A stretch of 64,000 bases of DNA from Thermodesulfovibrionia bacterium (GTDB lineage Bacteria; Nitrospirota; Thermodesulfovibrionia; UBA6902; BMS3Bbin08), in contig JAUXYI010000034.1 in NCBI GenBank assembly GCA_030694425.1, forward strand, positions 31,298 to 95,297, written 5' to 3'. The notes under the pieces are model-generated. The model searched no databases. It was not told the origin of the DNA and saw only the letters and a list, made by a program, of their open reading frames with translations. Shown here piece by piece: positions 28,043-36,732 of this stretch (within the stretch, counting starts at the first letter, position 1; every line of letters starts with the position of its first letter). A program made the translations under genes and the position numbers.

Positions 28043-30463
28043 TTACCCGCATACTGTGCAACCGCATTGAACTTTCTGAGGCTTTGTCCCTTTTAATGTC
28101 ACCGAATAAAAATCTATAAAATCTACCTTTTTGTAAAGATAGTTTTTTATCAATTCAGCATTAGGAAATCCTGCATTTTCAGCTGCCTCTTTAAACCTCT
28201 TGTCTGTCAGTGCGCCTGATAAGCATGCATTCCACAATTCTTTATCTCTTTTCATGTATCCCGGGATAGGTTTATTGGAAACAATATCAGAAATGATAAA
28301 CCTTCCGCCGGGTTTTAAAATCCTGTAAATCTCATCAAGAACCATTGTCTTATCCTCGGTCAGATTAATAACACAGTTGGATATTACAAGGTCAATTGAG
28401 TTATCCTCAACAGGCAATGCCATGATATTTCCTTTTCTGAATTCAACCACATTATAGCCTAAAACCTCTGCAACCTTCTCTGCGCTAATTGCTGCCCTTT
28501 CAATCATTTCATCGGTCATATCTATTCCAATCACTTTACCTTTTTTGCCGAGTTTTTTTGCAGCAATAAAGCAGTCAATGCCTGCGCCTGAACCAAGGTC
28601 CAGAATAGTCTCACCTTCTTTTATATCTGCCAGGGCCGCAGGATTTCCGCAACCGTAAGATACTTCAAGAACTTCATTAGGGATATGCGCTAAATCCTTC
28701 GGGTCATAACCAGTGGGGCAGTAATAGTCTGCCACAGCGGTTGTGGCAGCTTTTGAAAATTTTTTCTTAACGATTTTTGTTATATGCCCCTTTACCTCGG
28801 GTTTGCATACAGCATCCTCATCTTCTACATCAACTGAGAGCACGCATGAACAGTGATAGCATCCAACCTCAAAATTGTCATCAATTGATTTAATGCCAGC
28901 GTCTATATGTGCAGGAAGCTTTGCATCCATAGCATTAAAGACAAGAGGTAGAGAATACCCTTCTGCACTTTGAGAGTGTATTCCTTCAGATGCCAGTTCC
29001 CATAGGGCATCCTCAAGCAATGCCTTATACGTAGAACAATAGGGGTCCCGTGCCTTAATAGAGCCCTTGCCCGTATCAACTTCACTTGCATAGTAGCTAT
29101 GGGATGTACATCCGCCGCCGCAGAAGTATTTAAGATGGCAAGAGCGGCATTCAGTTTTGTCCTGGACACTGTTTTCCCTGCACCACGTCATAGCCTTTGA
29201 ATTCAACCAGATATCTTTTAATGATTTTTCTCTTACAGAACCACCGTCAAACCGCTTGTCTCCGTTAAGGGAGGCGCATGGATAGACATGCCCGTCAGAA
29301 TTCACACAGATTTTTTCATAACAGTTATTGCACAGGTCATTCTTCCTTCCTCTTTTTGCACGCACTCTGACTTTCAATGATTCAACGTTATCCACAATAA
29401 TCGCTTGTTCCTGATAAACGTTCTTGAGGTCTTTCATTATATGAGCAACTTTTTCAGAAGGCACATGCAGTTCATTCACATTGTTTGCCCCGCGTCCTTT
29501 CGCATGCATCCAGAGTATATTATGTTCTTTTACGCCCAGTCGTGATATAAACGTAGAAGTATCAACGATATATTTTTCGTTGTATTTGCTAAGCGCCGTT
29601 GAAACAATAGGCGTTATCCCGATATCAATTAGTCTCTTTATTCCTTCTACAGCCTTATCGAAACTTCCCTTCCCGCGGAGCTTGTCATGGATTTCTGCAT
29701 CCGGCCCTTCTAAGCTTACCTGAATGACAAGTTTAGGGCTTTTAACCTTTTCTAAGGCTGTTATCTTTTTAGCATCAAAAAGGGTGGCATTTGTGAGGAT
29801 AATTAATTCGCATTGTTTTTCTTTTGTTATATATTTTATCAGCTCAAATATATCTTCTTTTATAAATGGTTCTCCACCTGTAATGTAAAACCTCTTAACA
29901 CCTAATGCTATAGCTTCATCTACTATTTTCTTTGTTTCTTCCGTGGTTAACTCATCTTTAAGCCCTTTTCCTGCGCTTACCAGGCAATGCTTGCACCTCA
30001 AGTTACAAGATAGCGTGGTATATATCCACAATTCCACCAGTTTATTGGGCGCAATTGCCTTGCTTCTGCCAGCATATTCGGGTCTTACAAATGGAGTATT
30101 GGATACAAAGTCCAGCAAACCTGCTGAACTCACAAATTCTGATACTTCCTGACTAACCTGTTCTTTATTTGAATTAGAGCCGTTATATCTCTTATAAATG
30201 GCATCCTGTATATCTGATAATGTGTGTTTGCCGTCGCAAAGCTTTAGGATTTCTGCCCCGATAGGGTTTACACTAATCCAGTTTGGTGATTGTGGGTCTA
30301 TGAAAAGATGTATGCCGTTCTTCTTTTTTTGAATATGCGGCGGGGAATATAAAATGTCATTTGGTTTGAAAACTATGTAGTTTGTGCCCTGAACTTTCCA
30401 CTTATCAAGCTGATACTGTTGAATTCTTTCATCTCTTCCTGCATCACAACAGCCCTTTGCCAT
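28043..30463 (-). CDS. fusion protein: PqqD-like N-terminus, radical SAM with SPASM domain, and ArsM-like SAM methyltransferase
   Basis: PqqD-like segment SVNPIGAEILKLCDGKHTLSDIQDAIY. CX3CX2C in SCNLRCKHC. SPASM Cys clusters (CNNCYEKICVNSDGHVYPC; CRSCHLKYFCGGGC). ArsM-type motifs YGCGNP, LDLGSGAGIDC, GIDMT, ISNCVINL, LKPGGRFIISD, LWNACLSGAL. Confidence 0.85.
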   Translation of the reverse strand: MAKGCCDAGRDERIQQYQLDKWKVQGTNYIVFKPNDILYSPPHIQKKKNGIHLFIDPQSPNWISVNPIGAEILKLCDGKHTLSDIQDAIYKRYNGSNSNKEQVSQEVSEFVSSAGLLDFVSNTPFVRPEYAGRSKAIAPNKLVELWIYTTLSCNLRCKHCLVSAGKGLKDELTTEETKKIVDEAIALGVKRFYITGGEPFIKEDIFELIKYITKEKQCELIILTNATLFDAKKITALEKVKSPKLVIQVSLEGPDAEIHDKLRGKGSFDKAVEGIKRLIDIGITPIVSTALSKYNEKYIVDTSTFISRLGVKEHNILWMHAKGRGANNVNELHVPSEKVAHIMKDLKNVYQEQAIIVDNVESLKVRVRAKRGRKNDLCNNCYEKICVNSDGHVYPCASLNGDKRFDGGSVREKSLKDIWLNSKAMTWCRENSVQDKTECRSCHLKYFCGGGCTSHSYYASEVDTGKGSIKARDPYCSTYKALLEDALWELASEGIHSQSAEGYSLPLVFNAMDAKLPAHIDAGIKSIDDNFEVGCYHCSCVLSVDVEDEDAVCKPEVKGHITKIVKKKFSKAATTAVADYYCPTGYDPKDLAHIPNEVLEVSYGCGNPAALADIKEGETILDLGSGAGIDCFIAAKKLGKKGKVIGIDMTDEMIERAAISAEKVAEVLGYNVVEFRKGNIMALPVEDNSIDLVISNCVINLTEDKTMVLDEIYRILKPGGRFIISDIVSNKPIPGYMKRDKELWNACLSGALTDKRFKEAAENAGFPNAELIKNYLYKKVDFIDFYSVTLKGTKPQKVQCGCTVCG

Positions 30464-30679
30464 CCAAAAATCCTCCGTAAAATAAGTTTACATCCTGCTA
30501 ATTATATATGTCAAGGTTTCCTTATTGTTCTTTTGATAACTTTCAGGTTACTCCATTAAAGACACAGGAAAGTAAAATTCTTTGTATTATTTGTATTATA
30601 TTTCCTTATATAAAAATAACATAAACTTAGCAAAATAACAACTTTAATTGTTCGCAAGAGCAGATGGGGAAAGTTGATT

Positions 30680-30856
30680 TTAGAGATGGTTATTGGCTAA
30701 TTTTATTATTATCATAAAACCTGAGTATAAAATCAATAATCCCCCGAGTAAAACCTTAATTCCCGGGGTCTCATGTAAAAAAATCAGTGCCAATATTATA
30801 GCGCCGACAGGTTCAAAATACCCAAGGATTGCAGCTTCATTGGCTTTTAAAACTCT
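30680..30856 (-). pseudogene. C-terminal remnant of an EamA/DMT transporter
   Basis: Hand translation gives ...ANEAAILGYFEPVGAIILALIFLHETPGIKVLLGGLLILYSGFMIIIKL*. This parallels the C-terminus of the intact EamA gene at 42691 (AVLGYLEPVGAVIFGMIFLGEFP...). An in-frame stop lies just upstream. Confidence 0.6.
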
Positions 30857-30932
30857 GTAAATTTATTCTAAAGCAGTTTTAAGTGCACATATAAGGTTAA
30901 CACCTTATGAAATTCCAATAACTTCTTTATGA

Positions 30933-31406
30933 TTGCATAAGATCCCCTCTTTTGTGTTATATATAACTATGTCTTTGAAGAAAGGAAAGATTTTTACATT
31001 CCTATTTATTTTTTATTTCTTATTTTATGCAATATCGCCTCTTAGCCGTTCGCTGACACAATTAGACGATGCAACTGTAACTACCGGAGAAAAAAAATGT
31101 GAAACTAAGGGCATCCGTCTTTTCTTTGGAGAACTGATATGGTTAAAATTCTTTCAAAAGAAAGAACATCAGGGTAGTTCTGATAATTTCCGATTACTGA
31201 TCAAAAAAGCCCGAGCCATATTAAAGTCAAATAACACCATAAAATTAACACAGAAATATGCAATTCCAGATAAAAATGTGTTTGTGTTGTCACTGACACG
31301 ATTCTATGTCTCATTTATTCCAGATCACCTGTCATCCTATAATGGCTTCCCCTATTTATTTTCAGGTCTATCGCCTCCTTTCCCATCACATGAATTATCG
31401 TGTTAG
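30933..31406 (+). CDS. hypothetical membrane protein (weak call)
   Basis: 157-aa ORF with one hydrophobic segment, no RBS noted and no family recognised. Confidence 0.3.
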   Translation: MHKIPSFVLYITMSLKKGKIFTFLFIFYFLFYAISPLSRSLTQLDDATVTTGEKKCETKGIRLFFGELIWLKFFQKKEHQGSSDNFRLLIKKARAILKSNNTIKLTQKYAIPDKNVFVLSLTRFYVSFIPDHLSSYNGFPYLFSGLSPPFPSHELSC

Positions 31407-31517
31407 AAACGCTTTTGTATTTTATATCTGATGCGTTTTGACCGGATTCCCGTTTTTAAGATAACCCAAAAAATTTTAAAACAATTGAATTAAGGCGTTT
31501 AAAAGGAGGATTGGATT

Positions 31518-32066
31518 ATGAAAAAAGTCTTAATTTTAGTTCTGATATTTTTTGTTATTGGCTGCGCAAAAAAGTATGCAAGGATGCCTGAAGAATCCAC
31601 AAGAATGGAAAAAGAGGTAAAGGCTGAGGAAGTTCAGAAAGAAAAAATAAAAGAAACAGAAATAGTTAAGGAAGAGATTTTGACGTCAGAAAAACCGAAA
31701 GAAGTTGTTTTAACAGAAGTGAAAGAGTCTATATTTGAATTTAAAGACGCCCTTTTTGATTATGACAAATATGATATAAGGCTAGATGCCAGAGCAGTGC
31801 TTGATTCTATAGCGGCATGGCTTAATAAGAATAGAAACATAAATGTTCTTATTGAGGGCCATTGTGATGAGAGAGGGACTAACGAATATAATCTTGCCCT
31901 TGGGGAGAAGCGCGCAAATGCAGCAAAAGAATATCTTTTAGCCCGTGGCATAACAGCCAAAAGGATAAACACCATCAGTTATGGCGAAGAAAAACCTCTC
32001 TGCACTGAGCAGAATGAAGACTGCTATCAGAAAAACAGGAGGGCGTATTTTGTCGCTGAAAAATAA
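31518..32066 (+). CDS. pal: peptidoglycan-associated lipoprotein (OmpA family)
   Basis: Lipobox VIGC; OmpA-like LIEGHCDERGTNEYNLALGEKRA. GGAGG RBS. Confidence 0.85.
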   Translation: MKKVLILVLIFFVIGCAKKYARMPEESTRMEKEVKAEEVQKEKIKETEIVKEEILTSEKPKEVVLTEVKESIFEFKDALFDYDKYDIRLDARAVLDSIAAWLNKNRNINVLIEGHCDERGTNEYNLALGEKRANAAKEYLLARGITAKRINTISYGEEKPLCTEQNEDCYQKNRRAYFVAEK

Positions 32067-32159
32067 TGCGATCATTACGTAACATCTTCCGTTCCATATC
32101 CTGTTTATATAAGAACAGGATATGGAATATATATATCCAATATATTCAAGGGGTTTTCC

Positions 32160-33455
32160 ATGAATATTTATAGAAGCCGGAAATATAATCGTAGAAGAGA
32201 TTTCAATTCAAAAGGTATTGCAAAAAAATTATCTGTAATAATCGTCTCTTTAATTGTAACAATATTGTTGTTACTGAATATTTTTGATACCGACAAAAAA
32301 GAAGAGAATTTACCACAGCAACAGGAACAAAAACTTTATCGGGAAATAAATGGAACTGTAAAAAAAGGAGAGACGTTTTTTAATGTTTTTAAACAGTATG
32401 GACTTGATATTGCTGAACTCTTCAAAATTAGAGAAGCAGCTGCAGATGTCCATAGATTGAGAGATGTAGAACCCGGGCGTCAGTATAAAATTGTGGTTGA
32501 CATAGATAACCGGGTCAACTCTCTTTTGTACTGGATAGATGATGATAATATACTTAACATCACTCGCAGCGATAAGGGATTTTCTGCAGGAAAAATCCTT
32601 CTTGAATATGAAAAAAGAATTGAGCACGTAGGCGGGATAATAAAAGACAATCTTATTTCCTCTATTGGAGAAGACAGAGAAAATCTTATGCTGGCGCTTC
32701 AGCTCTCTGACATTTTTGCATGGGATATAGATTTTACATCAGATCTGAGAAATGGCGATGTATTTAAAATTGTTGTTGAAGGACTTTATCTTGATGGTGA
32801 ATTTAAGAAATATGGGGAAATACTCTCTACGGAGTTTGAAAATAATGGGAAAGTGTATCATGCCTACAGATTTGAGAATAACGGGAAGGCTGATTACTAT
32901 GATGCTGAAGGGATATCGCTAAAAAAAGCTTTTCTCAAGGCGCCTCTGAATTTCAGACGCATCAGCTCATATTTCTCTAAAGGGCGATTTCACCCTATAT
33001 TAAAAATTTACAGACCACATCACGGGCTTGATTATGCCGCACCTTCCGGTACCCCTGTTTCTGTTGTTGGTGATGGAACTGTTGTTTTTGCAGGCCGCAA
33101 GAGTCAGTATGGCAACCTTGTTATTGTAAAACACAGAAATGGATGGAAGACATATTATGGTCATTTATTAAGGATTGGCAAGGGTATAAAAAAGTGGAGA
33201 GAAGTAGAACAAGGCTGGATAATTGGTTATGTCGGTTCAACTGGGCTTGCAACAGGACCGCATTTGCACTATGAAATAAAGATTAAGAATAAACCTGTCA
33301 ATCCTCTTACGCTAAAATTACCACAAGGGAAATCTATTCCAAAGACCCTAATAGCTGAGTTCAGGCTATTTAGAGATAAAATGAATAGTCAACTCGCATC
33401 TATAAACCCTGCGGTTCTTGCTTCTTTCAGGAAGGGAACGGACAAAAAGATTTAG
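32160..33455 (+). CDS. M23 family peptidase
   Basis: HHGLDYAAPSGTPV and GSTGLATGPHLHYEI; N-terminal TM segment. Confidence 0.85.
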   Translation: MNIYRSRKYNRRRDFNSKGIAKKLSVIIVSLIVTILLLLNIFDTDKKEENLPQQQEQKLYREINGTVKKGETFFNVFKQYGLDIAELFKIREAAADVHRLRDVEPGRQYKIVVDIDNRVNSLLYWIDDDNILNITRSDKGFSAGKILLEYEKRIEHVGGIIKDNLISSIGEDRENLMLALQLSDIFAWDIDFTSDLRNGDVFKIVVEGLYLDGEFKKYGEILSTEFENNGKVYHAYRFENNGKADYYDAEGISLKKAFLKAPLNFRRISSYFSKGRFHPILKIYRPHHGLDYAAPSGTPVSVVGDGTVVFAGRKSQYGNLVIVKHRNGWKTYYGHLLRIGKGIKKWREVEQGWIIGYVGSTGLATGPHLHYEIKIKNKPVNPLTLKLPQGKSIPKTLIAEFRLFRDKMNSQLASINPAVLASFRKGTDKKI

Positions 33456-33525
33456 AAGTAGATGGTTTGAAAAAATCGTAGCTAAGCAGGCCGTTATATG
33501 AGATAATTTCTTAGTAGGAGGGAAC

Positions 33526-33660
33526 ATGGATGTAAATCTAAAAATACTGCTCCCCTCATTTGTAGCTGTAATTTCAGTAGTCGTCTTGTTCATCATCAGG
33601 GGTATTGCCTTCAATCTCCTTCATAGATGGGCAGGGAAAACCGAGACAAAAGTAATATGA
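33526..33660 (+). CDS. possible 44-aa membrane peptide translationally coupled to otsA
   Basis: Not in the ORF track. AGGAGGG lies 5 nt upstream. Sequence MDVNLKILLPSFVAVISVVVLFIIRGIAFNLLHRWAGKTETKVI. Its stop overlaps the ATG at 33657 (ATATGA). Confidence 0.35.
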   Translation: MDVNLKILLPSFVAVISVVVLFIIRGIAFNLLHRWAGKTETKVI

Positions 33661-35912
33661 AGATTACAATCCGTCTTATTGTCTCCCTTATTTTTGTGGT
33701 AGCTCTGGTAGCTGTTATTTTTTCATTCCAGCAGGTTCGAGCAGAGAAAACACGTCTTATAGGTGAATTAGAGCGCCGCGCCATTGTTTTAGCCGAGAGT
33801 ATAGGGGAGTCAGTAAAACCTCTTATCGAGTCTAACTCTCTTGATAAATTGAACCGCCTCGTGGAACGATTTGGGAATCGTGAAAGATTGGAAGGAGTTG
33901 CAATATATGATAGTCAGGGCAATATCTTAGCATCAACCCCTAACCTTGCATTAAAAATCTCAAAGCCTCTCCCTCAGATAATAAGTTCTATCACAGAGAA
34001 TCGTCCCATACATAGTTTTTTGAACATCGCCGGCAAAGAAATATCACTTTATACTCTGCCTTTATCCCAAGAAAATGAGGTCATGGGCGCTCTGGTGCTT
34101 TTCCATGATGCTTCATACATTGATGTAAGACTCAAAGGAATATGGAAAAATAATCTTATCCGTTTTTTAACACTGACAATGCTTATTGTTGTGATTACGC
34201 TCTTGGTGGTGCGATGGAGTGTTATGGGCCCTATTGCCCAGTTTGCAGACTGGATGAGGGAATTGCGATTGGGGAAAGGTAAGAGCAGCCAGCCCAATAC
34301 TTCCTTAAGAGGAGATATGTTAGCCCCTCTGATTTCAGAAGTGACCCACTTAGCTAAAAGCCTGTCGATGGCTCGTGCACGGGCAGAGGAAGAAGCCAGA
34401 TTGCGGGTTCGGGCAGAATCTATATGGACAGCCAACAGGCTTAAAGAACATATGCGCGTTGAGCTTGGTGGTAAGAAGCTATTTTTAGTCTCAAACCGCG
34501 AACCTTATATGCATGTAAAAGATGGACGCAATATTAAATGTATTGTTCCTGCTGGTGGACTTGTTACCGCATTAGACCCTGTAATGCGAATATGTGATGG
34601 TATCTGGATTGCTCATGGAAGTGGAGATGCAGACAAGGAAGTTGTGGACACCGATGACAAGCTCCGTGTGCCTCCGGAAGAGCCTGCATACACCCTTGAA
34701 AGGATATGGCTTACCAAGGAAGAGGAAAATGGTTACTATTATGGTTTTTCAAATGAAGGACTCTGGCCGTTATGTCATATTACGCATACACGTCCTATCT
34801 TTCGTTTAGAAGACTGGGTTTATTATCAGAAGGCAAATGAAAAATTTGCTGAGGCATTGCTAAAAGAAATTGCCGATGAAGAATCGCCCTTAGTTTTGAT
34901 TCAAGATTATCATCTTGCCCTTCTTCCATTGTTAGTTAAAAAAAGGCGCCCTGATGCAAAGGTAGCGCTTTTCTGGCATATTCCATGGCCAAATCCTGAG
35001 GCTTATGGTATCTGTCCTTGGCAGCAAGAGATTCTTATAGGTATGTTAGGGGCAGACATTATTGGTTTCCATACACAATTTCACTGCAATAATTTTTTAG
35101 ATACAGTTGACCGCTTTTTAGAATCAAAGATTGATTGGGAACAATTCTCAGTTACTCGTGGTAATTACACAACTCTGGTTAAACCTTTTCCCATCAGTGT
35201 AAGTTTTGATAGTTTTTCAGATAAACTATCTGCCTTTCAAGAAAAAATATCGTTAAGAGAAACCATTCTTAAAGAAATAGATGCTTCTGTAAAGTATTTA
35301 GGTGTTGGGGTTGACCGTATTGATTATACCAAGGGGATTCCTGAACGTTTCAGGGCAATTGAACGGTTTTTAGAAAAATACCCTGAATTTGTTGGAAAAT
35401 TTACATTTGTGGAGTTGGGGGCGCCCAGCCGAACACATATTAAAAGATACCGTGACCTGACGACAGTGGTAGAAGAAATGGTTGATAAAATCAATTGGCG
35501 TTTTCGTACTAAAACCTGGAGGCCTATTGTATTTCTTAAAGCACACCACAGCCATGAAGAGGTCAACCATTTTTATAAAGCGAGTGACATTTGTATGGTC
35601 ACTTCTTTGCATGATGGGATGAATCTGGTTGCTAAGGAGTTTGTCGCTTCTCGTGAGGATGAAGATGGAGTATTGCTTTTAAGTCAATTTACAGGTGCTT
35701 CCCGTGAGTTAAAAGATGCTGTTATTGTAAATCCTTATGATATAGAAGCAGTAGCAGATGCCATCTATCTGGCAATTACTATGGAAGCAGATGAACGGTC
35801 TGAACGAATGAAGCGGATGCGCACCGTAATTAAAGAGCATAACATCTATCGCTGGGCAGGGAATCTGATTACAGAGCTTGCGCGTCTGCGGACAGCCGAT
35901 GTTACCAATTAA
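33627..35912 (+). CDS. otsA: trehalose-6-phosphate synthase (GT20) with an N-terminal two-TM sensor-like extension
   Basis: LVSNREPY, GGLVTAL, WIAHGSG and GFSNEGLWPLCH. The first ~270 aa form TM, extracytoplasmic segment, TM, then a HAMP-like helix. The likely start is the ATG at 33657. Confidence 0.85.
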   Translation: MGRENRDKSNMKITIRLIVSLIFVVALVAVIFSFQQVRAEKTRLIGELERRAIVLAESIGESVKPLIESNSLDKLNRLVERFGNRERLEGVAIYDSQGNILASTPNLALKISKPLPQIISSITENRPIHSFLNIAGKEISLYTLPLSQENEVMGALVLFHDASYIDVRLKGIWKNNLIRFLTLTMLIVVITLLVVRWSVMGPIAQFADWMRELRLGKGKSSQPNTSLRGDMLAPLISEVTHLAKSLSMARARAEEEARLRVRAESIWTANRLKEHMRVELGGKKLFLVSNREPYMHVKDGRNIKCIVPAGGLVTALDPVMRICDGIWIAHGSGDADKEVVDTDDKLRVPPEEPAYTLERIWLTKEEENGYYYGFSNEGLWPLCHITHTRPIFRLEDWVYYQKANEKFAEALLKEIADEESPLVLIQDYHLALLPLLVKKRRPDAKVALFWHIPWPNPEAYGICPWQQEILIGMLGADIIGFHTQFHCNNFLDTVDRFLESKIDWEQFSVTRGNYTTLVKPFPISVSFDSFSDKLSAFQEKISLRETILKEIDASVKYLGVGVDRIDYTKGIPERFRAIERFLEKYPEFVGKFTFVELGAPSRTHIKRYRDLTTVVEEMVDKINWRFRTKTWRPIVFLKAHHSHEEVNHFYKASDICMVTSLHDGMNLVAKEFVASREDEDGVLLLSQFTGASRELKDAVIVNPYDIEAVADAIYLAITMEADERSERMKRMRTVIKEHNIYRWAGNLITELARLRTADVTN

Positions 35913-36732
35913 GCCAACTTTTATGCAATACCTTTTTAGTGATTGGAACAAAATTGTCTCGCGAATTAAGTTAGCAAGCCATGTCTTACTTCTCTTTGAT
36001 TATGACGGTACACTAACACCTATAGTGAAAAGGCCTGAACTTGCAATTCTATCTGAGGAATCGAGACAGCTTCTCAAAGCCCTATCTTATAAACGCCACT
36101 TTATCGTAGGCGTTGTAAGCGGCAGAGGACTCAGTGACATTCAGAGTAAGGTTGGGGTTAATGACATAATTTATGTGGGAAATCATGGATTTGAGATAGA
36201 AGGGCTGGGGTTAAATTATGTTCATCCCATAGATAATGATGAAATAAAGTCAATCATAGGTACCCTTAGCCAGATGTTAAACAACTCATTAGGTACAATC
36301 AGAGGAGTTATAGTGGAACATAAAGGACTTACTGTGAGTATTCATTACCGTCTTGTGAAAAAGAAAGAAACAGATACGATAAAAAATATTATACAGCGAG
36401 TCATTGAGACGGCCAGTTTGTCAGATAAGGTAAAGATAACCCACGGTAAGAAGGTCTATGAAATAAGACCAAATGTTCACTGGCACAAGGGAATGGCAAC
36501 CAATTTGATCATAGAAAAATACGGTAGCAAGAGAAGAAAAGACGTGTTCCTTCCAGTATATGTGGGAGATGACCTGACTGATGAAGATGCATTTAAACTC
36601 ATTGAAAACTATGACGGAGTCTCGGTATATGTTGGAGGCGTGAACCCCCAGTCTATAGCACGCTATTATTTGAAGACTTGCAAAGAAGTAAACAAATTTA
36701 TGAAGGAATTGCTTAAAATTAAAAATGATTGA
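35878..36732 (+). CDS. otsB: trehalose-phosphatase
   Basis: HAD motif LLLFDYDGTLTP and GDDLTDEDAF. The start is probably the ATG at 35899 or 35923. Confidence 0.85.
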   Translation: MRVCGQPMLPIKPTFMQYLFSDWNKIVSRIKLASHVLLLFDYDGTLTPIVKRPELAILSEESRQLLKALSYKRHFIVGVVSGRGLSDIQSKVGVNDIIYVGNHGFEIEGLGLNYVHPIDNDEIKSIIGTLSQMLNNSLGTIRGVIVEHKGLTVSIHYRLVKKKETDTIKNIIQRVIETASLSDKVKITHGKKVYEIRPNVHWHKGMATNLIIEKYGSKRRKDVFLPVYVGDDLTDEDAFKLIENYDGVSVYVGGVNPQSIARYYLKTCKEVNKFMKELLKIKND

